This document shows positions 49,120 through 59,103 of a DNA stretch of 64,000 bases, piece by piece; the first letter of the stretch is position 1; each line of letters starts with the position of its first letter. Origin of the DNA: Nannocystales bacterium (GTDB taxonomy: Bacteria; Myxococcota_A; Polyangia; Nannocystales; Nannocystaceae); contig JBOEGF010000004.1 of the NCBI GenBank assembly GCA_050633305.1, positions 96,001 through 160,000 of the forward strand. The letters run 5' to 3'. Under the pieces are notes generated by a model, which was not told the DNA's origin, made no database searches, and worked only from the letters and a program-made list of their open reading frames with translations. The position numbers and the translations under genes are program-made.

Positions 49120-51966
49120 TCAGTGCGCTTGTAGCCAGGTCCCGACGCTTTCCGTGTCGGTGGGCAGCGACTCCGCGAGTGCACGGGCCTCCCGCCGCGA
49201 CCCTTCGTCCCACAGCGTGGATGCGAGCTTGAGCTGGAGGTCTACCCGAGCCTCCTCGGGCTCGGAGACTCGCGTCATCACCTCGAGCGCCGATCGATAG
49301 TCCGACTGTGCGCTTGCGAACCGCTCGCGCGCCGCAGCGCAGTCGCCCCTGGCTTGGAGGAGGTAGGCCAGGGGCCCTGCCTCTCCAAGCGCATCGCGGG
49401 CGGTGGTCACGAGTGCGTCCAGGGGCTCACAAGCCTGCGCAGTTTTTCCTTGGCTGAGCCGGGAGCTGGACAGGCCTGCGTGGGCGAGCAAGGTTCGCGG
49501 AGCGGTCGCGCCGAGCGTCTCCTCGAGCAGGCCGCTGGCCCACGCGTACTGTTGCTCCGCCTCCGCGTAGTGACCGTCGGTCTCGTCGAGCCACGCCAGG
49601 TTCAACGCGATGCCAGCTCGGGTGGGGTGACGATCTCCGTAGCGCCGCTTCACGAGAGCGTCGGCTTCCACCCACCGCGCTCGGGCCTCGTGCCTTCGGT
49701 CTTGGTGCACTGCGACGAGGCCGAGGTTGATCAGGGAGGCGCGGTTCGATGGGTGGTCGGCGCCGAAGAGCGTGGTGCGGTCCCGAAGTTCGCGCTCGAA
49801 GAGTTCCTGGGCCTCCTCGAATCGTCCGGCCCGGTCCAGCGCGAGCCCGAGGTTTCCCAGGCCGCCGATGGAACGACGCGAAGGGACCCCGTCGAGTCGG
49901 TCGAAGATCTCGACGGCTTCCGTGCCGGTTTCGATCGCCCGTTCGAGGTTGCCTCGGGCGCCCTCGAATCCGCTGATGCTGGTGAGAATCGCGGCTCGCA
50001 GGCGCGTCCGATCTGGACCGGTGAGCCGCTCGGCACCTGCCAACGCTTTGTCGTAGCGCACTGCGGCCTGCTCCCACTGTCCCAGCGTGTCGTAGGCGAT
50101 CGCGACGGAAAGGGCGATGTGAACCGCTCGCACCTCCCGGATACCGTCGCGCGCGGCCTCGACCTCAGCAACCTCCGCCCACTCGATCGCGGCCTTCGCT
50201 TCGCCGAGCTGGATCGCGAGCAGCAGGACGAGTCGGTCGGCGGCCTCGGCAGCGTAGCCGGCATCGTCGGCGTTCCGAGCGTGGTGATAGGCGCGCTTGA
50301 GGGCCGCTTTCATCTCGAGTGGGGTGCCTCGGCGGACCTGGGCTTCCACGATGGAGAGTTGGGCCAGGATGGAGGGGTAGGATTTGCCCGCGAACTCGAC
50401 TTCCGGGCGGATGGCGTCCAGGCGTCGTGCCAGCTCCTCGACGTCTGCGTTGCTGTCGGCGTCTTTCTGTATCGCCAACAGCAGGTGTCGAAGCGCCTCG
50501 ATGCGGGGCCGCAGCATCACCGGTGCTCTCGGGGTCGCCTGCAAGAACTGGGGCCGCACACACTCCGCGGGGTTCATCCACTCTTCGACGCGCTGAGGTC
50601 CGCTTCGGCTCGCTCTGCTCGGCGATCGCTGGAGTGAGGCAAGCGTTGCATTGGCATCGCGGCCGAGTTCGTACAGGCAGTGTTGGGCGCGGTGCGTCAG
50701 TGCGTCTGTCGTCGTTTCGCGGCTCTCGCAGACCTGTGCCGCAGTGTCCATCCATTGCGCGGCAAAGTCGTCAACGGCCTGCTCCATCCGGGGCCATTGG
50801 CGCTCGGCTTCCGCATCGCCTGCGAAGATGCGCTTGAGTTGTGTACGTCCATCGTTCGACCAAGCCGGCATCGGGAGTTCGATGTCGTCGCGACACGGGC
50901 GGTCGAAGTTCGCGGTTGCGAGCGCGGTGAACCCCGCCAATCCGACGCCTCCGAGCGCAAACCACGCTGAGCGTCTTGGAGATCGGGCGCGCTCGAGCTC
51001 GTCGAGAAGCTCGTGCATCGTGGAAAAGCGGCGCGACGGATCGACGTTGAGCCCCCGCTCCAACACCTGCAGGACACGGCGCGGAACGTGGCCGTTGCCC
51101 GAGCGCAGCTTCGGTGGAGCGACCGTCAGGTCCGTGGACGTCGCTCGGTAGGGACGCTCGCCAAACAGGCCCTCGTACAGGGCAACGCAGTATGAAAACT
51201 GGTCCGAACGGGCGTTGGCGGATGCGCCGGCAAGCTGCTCGGGCGCCATATACGCTGGCGTGCCTGCCGGACGACTTTCCGTCGTCTGGTGCCCCGTCGC
51301 ACGCCCCGTAGGCGGCTCGCTGAGAGTGTCCGGCGCGACGGGGACGGCGATGCCGAAGTCCGCGACCTGGCAGCGACCGTCGAGTCCGACAAGGACGTTG
51401 GCGGGCTTGAAGTCGCGGTGCACCAGGCCAGCCTTGTGTGCGTAGGCGAGTCCGCGGCCCGCCTCGACGTACGCGTCGACCACCTCGGCCCAGGTCTTGT
51501 CGGCCGTGCGCCAAGCGTTGAGATCACCTCCGTCGATCAGGTCAGCGACGAGGAAGACGCCGCGGTCGAACTCACCGACGTCGTGTACGGCCACGACATG
51601 GGGATGGGAGAGCTTGGCCATGGCCTGCGCTTCGACCATCAGCGCTCGCCGCGAGTCGAGGTGCGTGGTTTGGTGAGTCTTGAGCGCAACTTGTCGGTTG
51701 AGCTTGGTGTCGAAGGCTTCGTAGACGACGCCCATGCCGCCTCGCCCGACCTCAGCGTCGATCCGGTAGCGCTCGGCCCCGAGGACGTCCCCGGGGGCAA
51801 GCGCGTGGAGCTCGTCCTCGCCGGGCGCCCGGGCTCGCGCGAGCTTGGCCAGCCAGGTCGAGACTCGTTCGTCCTGGGCTGTGTCACCTCCCTGCTTTGT
51901 CATCCGATCGGGATTCACATCGGGCGCGTCCGGGCACTGACCCGGCGGTGTTTCCTTGCCCCCCAT
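49120..51966 (-). CDS. Membrane Ser/Thr kinase with C-terminal TPR repeats
   Basis: GRGGMGVVY, VALK, HRDFKPAN, DFG, GTPAYMAPE, a TM helix and GxxHP-type TPR repeats. An alternative start at 51903 is possible. Confidence 0.93.
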   Translation of the reverse strand: MGGKETPPGQCPDAPDVNPDRMTKQGGDTAQDERVSTWLAKLARARAPGEDELHALAPGDVLGAERYRIDAEVGRGGMGVVYEAFDTKLNRQVALKTHQTTHLDSRRALMVEAQAMAKLSHPHVVAVHDVGEFDRGVFLVADLIDGGDLNAWRTADKTWAEVVDAYVEAGRGLAYAHKAGLVHRDFKPANVLVGLDGRCQVADFGIAVPVAPDTLSEPPTGRATGHQTTESRPAGTPAYMAPEQLAGASANARSDQFSYCVALYEGLFGERPYRATSTDLTVAPPKLRSGNGHVPRRVLQVLERGLNVDPSRRFSTMHELLDELERARSPRRSAWFALGGVGLAGFTALATANFDRPCRDDIELPMPAWSNDGRTQLKRIFAGDAEAERQWPRMEQAVDDFAAQWMDTAAQVCESRETTTDALTHRAQHCLYELGRDANATLASLQRSPSRASRSGPQRVEEWMNPAECVRPQFLQATPRAPVMLRPRIEALRHLLLAIQKDADSNADVEELARRLDAIRPEVEFAGKSYPSILAQLSIVEAQVRRGTPLEMKAALKRAYHHARNADDAGYAAEAADRLVLLLAIQLGEAKAAIEWAEVAEVEAARDGIREVRAVHIALSVAIAYDTLGQWEQAAVRYDKALAGAERLTGPDRTRLRAAILTSISGFEGARGNLERAIETGTEAVEIFDRLDGVPSRRSIGGLGNLGLALDRAGRFEEAQELFERELRDRTTLFGADHPSNRASLINLGLVAVHQDRRHEARARWVEADALVKRRYGDRHPTRAGIALNLAWLDETDGHYAEAEQQYAWASGLLEETLGATAPRTLLAHAGLSSSRLSQGKTAQACEPLDALVTTARDALGEAGPLAYLLQARGDCAAARERFASAQSDYRSALEVMTRVSEPEEARVDLQLKLASTLWDEGSRREARALAESLPTDTESVGTWLQAH

Positions 51967-52132
51967 GAGCGTTGAAAACTAACAAAACGTACAGTCGGGC
52001 GCCTCCCTGAATCGTATTTGCCCGGACGCAGGAGTTCAGCGGCTAGCAACGGCCATTCATCGCTGGGGTGGGGTTGAGGACGGCGGCGGCCCCCGGGGCG
52101 GTCGGGGCAAGAGCTGCTAGAGTCCGCCGCCC

Positions 52133-52900
52133 GTGGCTGCACCGCGCAAGAACGTCCGCTTCACCGTTGCCTACGATGGACGTGCGTTTCACGGTTGGCA
52201 GCGCCACCCGGGCGTCCCCACCGTGCAAGGAGCCCTGGAGGCCGCGCTCTGCAAGGTTTGTGACGCTCCCGTCGAGGTTCGCGGTGCGGGACGGACCGAC
52301 CGGGGCGCTCACGCGTCGGGCCAGGTCGCAAGCGCGCGGTTGCCCGACGAGGTCGATGTCGGGACGCTCGAAGCCAGGGTCCTGGCCGAGCTCCCGGACG
52401 GGGTCTCCATTCGGGGTGTCCGTGTCGTGGAGAAGGGGTTTCACGCTCGAATGTCGGCGCTGGGCAAGCGCTACGTCTACACGATCCACAACGCGGACCC
52501 CCTGCCGGCGGAGTCCCAGGGGCGCGTTTGGCACGTCCCGGATCCACTCAACATCGAGGCGATGAGAGACTGCCTGGAGATGTTCGTTGGCGAGCATGAC
52601 TTCGCAAGCTTCGCCACCAAGGCCAATCACGCCAGGAAAACCACGGTTCGCACGGTGTCGTCGTTCACCCTTGAACACGATGCACCGAGGATCGTCTTGC
52701 GCATCGAGGCGGACGGCTTCCTCTACAAGATGGTTCGGAACTTGGTGCGGGCCGTCGTCAAGGTCGGCGAGGGGCGGTGGACGCAGCCGCAGCTCCGCGA
52801 GATTCTCGCCACGGGCGACCGACAGGCGGCTCCCGGCACAGCGCCCGCTTCGGGCCTGTGCCTCGAGGAGGTGTTCTACCCCGAGGAGCCCGCGTCGTGA
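52133..52900 (+). CDS. truA: tRNA pseudouridine(38-40) synthase
   Basis: AYDG..FHGWQ, GAGRTDRGAHA, FHAR, GEHDFASF and FLYKMVR. Confidence 0.96.
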   Translation: MAAPRKNVRFTVAYDGRAFHGWQRHPGVPTVQGALEAALCKVCDAPVEVRGAGRTDRGAHASGQVASARLPDEVDVGTLEARVLAELPDGVSIRGVRVVEKGFHARMSALGKRYVYTIHNADPLPAESQGRVWHVPDPLNIEAMRDCLEMFVGEHDFASFATKANHARKTTVRTVSSFTLEHDAPRIVLRIEADGFLYKMVRNLVRAVVKVGEGRWTQPQLREILATGDRQAAPGTAPASGLCLEEVFYPEEPAS

Positions 52901-53409
52901 CCGAGGACTCCGGCGCGTTCGTTCACGAGCGCCACAAGCCCGGTTCGGCGTTGGAGCGTCCTCGTGAACTCGTGGTGGCGTGTGTTCCGATGCGCAGCAA
53001 CGTGAACGTTTCGCAGATCGCCAGGACCGCGAGCGCGATCGGTGCGGAACGCCTGATCCTCACCGGTACCGCGAAGTTGATCTCCAAGATCGCCCGCGAT
53101 GGCGCGGAGTCCCTTCCTGTCTCGGTTCATCGAACGCTTCCGCCGGTTCTTCACCGACTGCGCGCGGACGGCTACCGCCTGGTGGGGCTGGAACAGACCA
53201 CGGGCTCGAGGAGCCTGTACACGTACGCCTTCGAGCGCCGGACCGCGCTGATCGTCGGCAATGAGCGACTGGGCCTTTCTGAAGAGGTCCTCGCGCTTCT
53301 GGATGACGTTGTCGAGATCCCGGTCTACGGCATGCCCCACAGCTACAATGCCGCGATTGCAACGTCGATCTCGTTGTACGAGTACTGCCGCCAATTTCCC
53401 AGCGGCTGA
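52897..53409 (+). CDS. SpoU/TrmH-family RNA methyltransferase
   Basis: NVSQIART, VGNERLGL and IPVYGMPHSYNAA. GTGA overlap with truA. Confidence 0.9.
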   Translation: MTEDSGAFVHERHKPGSALERPRELVVACVPMRSNVNVSQIARTASAIGAERLILTGTAKLISKIARDGAESLPVSVHRTLPPVLHRLRADGYRLVGLEQTTGSRSLYTYAFERRTALIVGNERLGLSEEVLALLDDVVEIPVYGMPHSYNAAIATSISLYEYCRQFPSG

Positions 53410-53430
53410 CACAGGGCTCCGGTAGGGCGC

Positions 53431-55056
53431 TCACTCGAACGAGAACGACGTGCGCTCCGCTGGGGGAGTCAGCCCGAACATCCCGGTGAGGCGTCGCCCG
53501 TAGTTGAAGTACGCCGAGTCCATCACGATGCTGTACAGGGCCCACTGCGGGCTGTCGGCGGAACGGGAGACGCCCACGTTGGCCGCCGGATCGGTGAGCA
53601 TGGGAGGCTGCGCGTAGAGTTCCTTGCCGGACGCGTCGTACAGGCTGACGTCCCAGTGCACGCCGAGCGCCATCAGGAGGCCCTCGTACTTCACGCCGCC
53701 GGGGATGTCCGTCGTGAGCGTGTAGTAGCCCGGCTGTCGCACGACTTTGCTGTGCACTTGAAGCACGAACTTGCCGGCCCGGGGTCCATTCAGGGGCTCG
53801 ATGGAGAGGAGTTCGGGCTCGAACACGTCTCCGAACGAGCCGCGGAGGACCTCGATGAGCGTGTCTCGGCGTTTGGTGTCGAACCGAGTCGAGAATGCAT
53901 CGCCCGCGTCGATGACCGGTGGACCTTTGGGGAACGCCTTCTTCATCTCTGGGTGATTGGCTTCTTCATCGAACAACGCTTTGTCGAGTTCGGCGTCGGG
54001 CGGGCTGAGGTCGACGTCATTGGTGAACGCCACGTAGAGGACCGGGTCGGCCTCGTGGGCCATCGCGTGCAGGACCGTCGAGAACGCGTCGCGGAGCTTC
54101 TCGTCTGCTGAGAAGGCGTTGTTGCCCTCAGCCGGGGAGCCCAAGCCCGCTTGGACCTCGGTGTAGATCGCATCGAGCGCAGCGGCGGCGACCTCCTCCG
54201 CGTGCTCATGGGCGTCCGTGGGGTCTGGGACGTTGGAGACCTCTTGCATCGTCGCGCGCAGGCTCTTGATGTCGCGGTCCCGCGCGGCAAGGGCTGCGTT
54301 CGCCCAGAGGTGATATGCGCGGGCTTCGGGGCGATGGAAGGCGGGGTCGACCTCCGTCACATACTCGAGGTCCCATCGCGCCGCCGTTGCGGCTGCATCA
54401 TCCTCTGTCGCCGCGACGAGGGCAGCGAAACGGGCGGCCTCCTCCGACTCCCAATGCGCTTGGCTGACGGGCGGCCCGACGACGCCTCCGAGCAGCGCCG
54501 CGCCGAGCGGGAGCCCGAGTTTGATCGCTCTGGGCGTTTCGGTGCGCTTGACCAGCCCCCATAGGCCAGCCGCCGCCATCCATCCAAACAAGCCGACGAA
54601 GATCCCCGCGATGACGCCTGCGCCGATCCCATCGAATGCGGTCTCGCGAAGCGCCGACAGGCACGCGGCAAAAAAGAGCCCTCCGAAGAGGAGCTTCAAG
54701 ACAGCGCCGGCGACGCTCGGTTTCGATGCGGTGTAGTGGGCGCCAGGCGCGGGACCGGATGGGTAGCCTGGGGGAACGCCCGGTGGCTGCCCGTAGGGGT
54801 TCGGTCCGCTGGGAGGCTGCGCGTAGGGTCCGGACGGGGCGCCGTACGGACCTTGTGGCTGACCATAGGGACCCGGTTGCGGCGCATGACCGGGTGGTGG
54901 AGGCTGGGCGTACGGGCTCGGCTGGGCGTACGGACCGGGCTGCTGGGGCTGGCCATGCGGTCCCGGGGCCGGTTGTGCGCCGTAGGGCCCCGGCGCGTGC
55001 GGCGGTGGCGCATGAGGATGTGCGGGATTCGGAGGGCCCTGAGGGGGATACGCCAT
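53431..55056 (-). CDS. Membrane protein with Pro/Gly/Tyr/Gln-rich N-terminus
   Basis: PGPYGQP-type repeats, three hydrophobic helices and a large C-terminal domain. Confidence 0.75.
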   Translation of the reverse strand: MAYPPQGPPNPAHPHAPPPHAPGPYGAQPAPGPHGQPQQPGPYAQPSPYAQPPPPGHAPQPGPYGQPQGPYGAPSGPYAQPPSGPNPYGQPPGVPPGYPSGPAPGAHYTASKPSVAGAVLKLLFGGLFFAACLSALRETAFDGIGAGVIAGIFVGLFGWMAAAGLWGLVKRTETPRAIKLGLPLGAALLGGVVGPPVSQAHWESEEAARFAALVAATEDDAAATAARWDLEYVTEVDPAFHRPEARAYHLWANAALAARDRDIKSLRATMQEVSNVPDPTDAHEHAEEVAAAALDAIYTEVQAGLGSPAEGNNAFSADEKLRDAFSTVLHAMAHEADPVLYVAFTNDVDLSPPDAELDKALFDEEANHPEMKKAFPKGPPVIDAGDAFSTRFDTKRRDTLIEVLRGSFGDVFEPELLSIEPLNGPRAGKFVLQVHSKVVRQPGYYTLTTDIPGGVKYEGLLMALGVHWDVSLYDASGKELYAQPPMLTDPAANVGVSRSADSPQWALYSIVMDSAYFNYGRRLTGMFGLTPPAERTSFSFE

Positions 55057-55423
55057 GGCGACTCAATGGACGGACCCGAGGGCGCCAGGTTGCACAGTGG
55101 CGTGCCTCGGGGCCCCAGGCCGGACTCTGGGCAGGGCCGGGGCGCGACGCGTGACAACGTGTCACGCCCGGTGAAACGAGAGATCGCGAACTGCAGAATG
55201 CGCAGGCTTCTCCCGAAGGTGCATCGGTGAGACTGCGAGATTGGCAGGCTCGGTGCTGGATGTCTGCCATGTCTGCAGGGGGCACGTGTTTGGCATATGT
55301 CTTTTAGGGGCATGTCTTCGGATCTGTGATGTTTTGTGGGCGCCGCCTGGCTTGCGTGCTGAGAGTCACCGACCGACAACGCGTCGGAACTTCGGGAGGC
55401 CGGTCCACGTGGATCTCATCCAT

Positions 55424-56842
55424 ATGTGGTCCCTTCGATCCAAACCAACACTCGCTTGTCTCTCGCTCCTTGCCGGGATGCCGGCGTGCGATCCTGCGGG
55501 TGCCGACGAGGCCCCGCCGACGGGGCAGGGGAGTGCTCGACCCGGACTCGGGGGCCGTGGCGATGGCGCCATCCCAGTCGAAGACCTGGTCCCCCGGGTG
55601 CGCACGCTGGCCGAGCGTTTCGACGTGCGCCCCACGCCTGCTGCGCCCGACGTCTCGGACGCCATGTGGACGCTCGGTCAGGCCCTGGCCTTCGACAAGA
55701 TCCTCAGTGGCAATGGCGACGTGTCGTGCATGACATGCCACCACCCGAGCGTGGGCACGGACGATGACCGGGCGTTGCCGCTGGGTGTGAGGGGGCACGG
55801 GCTTGGGGGCGCACGGACGGATGGGGCGCTGATCCCCCGCAACGCGCCCGCGCTGTTCAACCTCCACGCATACCGCACGATGTTCTGGGACAGCCGGGTG
55901 CGGTGGGAGGACGGAAGCCTGCGCACGCCTGCGGATGACATCGACGATCGGATGTTGGCCGTGTTGGGAGACGCTGAGCTTGGATTGGTGTCGGCGCAGG
56001 CCCTTTTTCCTGTGACCTCGCGCGAGGAGATGCGGGGGCACCTTGGCGAGAACGAAGTCGCGGACCTCGATGATGAGGACTTCTCGGGGGTCTGGTCGGC
56101 GCTGATGTTGCGGCTGGAGCAGACGGGTGGGTACCCGGAGTTGTTTGAGGCCGCGTATCCCGAGTCCAGCTTTGAGGACATGACGTTTGCCCACGCCGCC
56201 CGGGCCATCGCCTCATTCGAGGTCGCGGCCTTTGAGTCCCGACAGAGCCCCTGGGAGCGCTTCTTGGACGGGGATGACTCCGCCATGAGCGAACCGCAGC
56301 TCCGGGGAGCCGTGGCCTTCTTCGAGCGCGGGTGCGCTTCGTGTCACCGCGGCGTCGGGCTGTCTGACTTTCGGGCGCACAACATCGGAATGCCGCAGTT
56401 CGGTCCCGGAAAGGGCGATGGCGATGGCGGCACTGATGACTTCGGCCGCGGTGGAGTCACTGATGAGGCTCGAGACCGCTATGCGTTCCGTACGCCCGTA
56501 CTGACCAACATCGGACTCACCGCACCGTACGGGCATACCGGACAGTTCGCGTCGCTCCGGCGCCACCTCGAGCACTACGCGGACCCACGGGAATCCCTCG
56601 AGGCCTATCGGGTGCAAGACGAAGTGGCGGAACCCGAGCTGTGGGGCCTCGTGGTCGACAACGTCGAAGCCGTGCTCGATCGACTCAGCCCCCGGCTTCG
56701 AGAGGTTCGGCTTAGAAGGGGCGACGAGGAGACCGTCGAGGCCCTGTTGGACTTCATGGATGCGCTCACCGACGAGGACGCCGCCGCCGTGCCGGGTCTT
56801 GTTCCAGCCTCCGTTCCCAGTGGGCTTCCGGTCACAGATTGA
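55424..56842 (+). CDS. Dihaem cytochrome c peroxidase/MauG-family lipoprotein
   Basis: CMTCH and CASCH haem motifs, RNAP, FWDSR and FRTP.L.N...TAPYGH. Lipobox-like MPAC. Confidence 0.9.
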   Translation: MWSLRSKPTLACLSLLAGMPACDPAGADEAPPTGQGSARPGLGGRGDGAIPVEDLVPRVRTLAERFDVRPTPAAPDVSDAMWTLGQALAFDKILSGNGDVSCMTCHHPSVGTDDDRALPLGVRGHGLGGARTDGALIPRNAPALFNLHAYRTMFWDSRVRWEDGSLRTPADDIDDRMLAVLGDAELGLVSAQALFPVTSREEMRGHLGENEVADLDDEDFSGVWSALMLRLEQTGGYPELFEAAYPESSFEDMTFAHAARAIASFEVAAFESRQSPWERFLDGDDSAMSEPQLRGAVAFFERGCASCHRGVGLSDFRAHNIGMPQFGPGKGDGDGGTDDFGRGGVTDEARDRYAFRTPVLTNIGLTAPYGHTGQFASLRRHLEHYADPRESLEAYRVQDEVAEPELWGLVVDNVEAVLDRLSPRLREVRLRRGDEETVEALLDFMDALTDEDAAAVPGLVPASVPSGLPVTD

Positions 56843-56876
56843 AGCGTCGCCATCCGCGGAAGGGGGCGCGGCTGGC

Positions 56877-58790
56877 CTACCTTGTCATCCACCGGAACAA
56901 GCCAGGCCGTGGTTGCTGACCTCGATCTTGTGCCGCACCGCGAAGCGCGGTCACCAGGTCGAGCATGGACCCGAACCGTCGCGGGCGACTGGGCGCCATG
57001 CCTCGGGACAGGGCGTCGAGCAGCGCCTGCGGGACGTCTCGCCGGGGGGCCGACCGTGCCGACGCCCTCGCAGCAGCATAGAAATCCTGGTTCGAGTGTT
57101 CTGCAAACGGGTGGACTCCGCACAGCACTTCATAAGCGACGACGCAGAAGGAGAACTGATCGCACCGGGGGTCCAAGCGTCGTCCTTCGTGCTGCTCCGG
57201 TGCCATGTACTGGGGGGTCCCCGCGACCTGCCCTGTCTTCGTGACGTTGGAGTGCGATGTCTCGGGAAGCGGATCGTCGGGGAACCGCCGAGGGCTGTCG
57301 CCGGACCTGGCTTCGAGGTCGTGACGGTGGTCGTCGGTCGCAGCGCGGCGTGCGAGCCCGAAGTCGGCGACTCGCACTCGGCCGTCGTCCCCAATGAGAA
57401 CGTTCGAAGGCTTGAAGTCTCTGTGGATCAACCCCGCTCCGTGTGCGGCGGCCAGTCCCTCCGCCGCCTGGAGCAGCAGGTCGAGCGCGGCTCCCAGCTC
57501 CGCGTTCGGCCGGTTGGATGTCCACTCCTTGAGCGTGGCGCCCTCGACGAATTCCATGACGAGGAAGAGGGTGTCCTCCCACTCGCCGACGTCATACACA
57601 GTCACGACGTTGGGGTGAGCCAGCGCAGCCAAGGCTTGGCCTTCCCGAACGAGGCGAGCCAGCACGACATCGTCGGGCTGCCGGTCGAGATGAAGGAGCT
57701 TCAGAGCCACGCGGCGTCCGAGTTTTGTGTCTCGTGCCGTAAATACGGTCCCCATCCCCCCTTTTCCGGCCCGGCCCAGGATCTCGTAGCGGTCGACCTC
57801 CACCCCTGCCTCCGGCATCGTTCGTTCCCGAGCCCTGGTCAGTGACTGGGAGCTCGGTCCTCCAGCTGCACGGGTTCGCGTCGGCGCATCACGATTCACA
57901 CGGGCCGGGTGGGCGACAGGGCTGGGCGGGGTGCCGCTGCCCGACTCTGGCAGCGTGTTGTGGCCGTGGAGGGCCCGGGTCGAGCCCAGCTCAGTTTGAC
58001 GCCGAGCCTCCAGCAACAGCTTTCGCTGCGCAATGAACCGTCTCCCAAGATCGGTGAGGGCGCCCAAACCCAACCCCACCACCGGGCACAGCCAAAGCGC
58101 AACGGATGGAGGCATCATCCGCAGCGGCGTCGCGAGTGCGAGCAGCACGCCGAGGCCTGTGCCGACAACAGGCGACGCCCAGCGGTTCTGCGCTCGAATG
58201 CGGACCCGGTACGTGCAACACGCGTCGCCGGTCGCGATGCACGAACGCTCTTCCACCTGGGCACACGGAAGTCCGACAAGCATGGGCAAGGTCGGAAGCT
58301 GTGCCCGGCGGGTGAGACACATGAGTCGGCTCTCCGCGCGCTGGCTGAAGTACCGAAGCGTGAGCTCCCGGTCTGAGCGGACCTCCACTTCGTAGCGGCT
58401 GATACGAGACACGAGCGACAGCGTGCGTCCAAGAACCTCGTACGCTTGCCGGCCGGTGAGGAATGGGAAGACGACGAGCAGAGGTCCGTAGGCGCGACGG
58501 TTGTCGTAAACGCAGGCCTTTGCGAATCGCTCCGTTGTTCCGAGCGCAGCGCGGTAGGCCGCGATCAACCGCTCAAATGCCTCATGGGACAGCCAGCCTG
58601 AGTCTTGCTGAAAGATCTCGACCGGGACACGAGCCTTGCGGTGGACTTCGTGCGCAGCTTCGACGCCGAGCTGCTCCTGGGTGTACCAGAGGAGCGGTCG
58701 AAGAATCCGAGCGTTGAGCTCAGGAAGATCGGAGTCTTGAGCCACCGTGTACTGCGCGCGTAGCGGAGCTGAGGTTACCACCCGCCGCAC
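56877..58790 (-). CDS. Ser/Thr kinase with N-terminal V4R/H-NOX-like sensor domain and two TM helices
   Basis: N-terminal C...EERSCIATGDACCTY, two hydrophobic segments, GKGGMG, HRDFKPSN, DFG and GTPQYMAPE. The start is uncertain. Confidence 0.85.
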   Translation of the reverse strand: MRRVVTSAPLRAQYTVAQDSDLPELNARILRPLLWYTQEQLGVEAAHEVHRKARVPVEIFQQDSGWLSHEAFERLIAAYRAALGTTERFAKACVYDNRRAYGPLLVVFPFLTGRQAYEVLGRTLSLVSRISRYEVEVRSDRELTLRYFSQRAESRLMCLTRRAQLPTLPMLVGLPCAQVEERSCIATGDACCTYRVRIRAQNRWASPVVGTGLGVLLALATPLRMMPPSVALWLCPVVGLGLGALTDLGRRFIAQRKLLLEARRQTELGSTRALHGHNTLPESGSGTPPSPVAHPARVNRDAPTRTRAAGGPSSQSLTRARERTMPEAGVEVDRYEILGRAGKGGMGTVFTARDTKLGRRVALKLLHLDRQPDDVVLARLVREGQALAALAHPNVVTVYDVGEWEDTLFLVMEFVEGATLKEWTSNRPNAELGAALDLLLQAAEGLAAAHGAGLIHRDFKPSNVLIGDDGRVRVADFGLARRAATDDHRHDLEARSGDSPRRFPDDPLPETSHSNVTKTGQVAGTPQYMAPEQHEGRRLDPRCDQFSFCVVAYEVLCGVHPFAEHSNQDFYAAARASARSAPRRDVPQALLDALSRGMAPSRPRRFGSMLDLVTALRGAAQDRGQQPRPGLFRWMTR

Positions 58791-58887
58791 GCGCGGCCTG
58801 CCCCCTGCCTCCTGGTTCTCGACGCATCACCGACGGCGGCGGGCGACCTCCGGGAACCTGTCCTTCGTGCCAGTGTCTCTGGTCGCG

Positions 58888-58922
58888 AAAAAGAAAAACC
58901 CCGCCGGGAAGGGCGGGGTTTT
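58888..58922 (-). terminator. Rho-independent terminator after the tRNA
   Basis: AAAACCCCGCC-N6-GGCGGGGTTTT inverted repeat, followed by a T-rich tract on the minus strand. Confidence 0.85.
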
Positions 58923-58997
58923 GGAGCCGTTAAGCGGAGTTGAACCGCTGACCTGCTGATTACGAATCAGCTGCTCTACCAACTGAGCTACAACGGC
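58922..58997 (-). tRNA. tRNA-Thr(CGT)
   Basis: GCCGTTGTAGCTCAGTTGGTAGAGCAGCTGATTCGTAATCAGCAGGTCAGCGGTTCAACTCCGCTTAACGGCTCCA, 76 nt, with anticodon loop TTCGTAA and an encoded CCA. Confidence 0.97.
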
Positions 58998-59103
58998 GTG
59001 GGCGCAGGTTCTACGACCCCGGTGTGGGGGCGTCAAGCGCAAACTCGCGGTCGCGGTTCGCTTCTGCGCAGACGGCGTGCGCCGGGACGGTTCGGTCGAG
59101 GGC

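Noticed and set aside
49120..51966. Kinase-TPR as a novel system
   Set aside because: This architecture is commonly expanded in myxobacteria, and nothing here distinguishes it.
55057..58997. Integrative element inserted at tRNA-Thr
   Set aside because: No integrase, and I saw no duplicated tRNA 3' end (att site) within the window.
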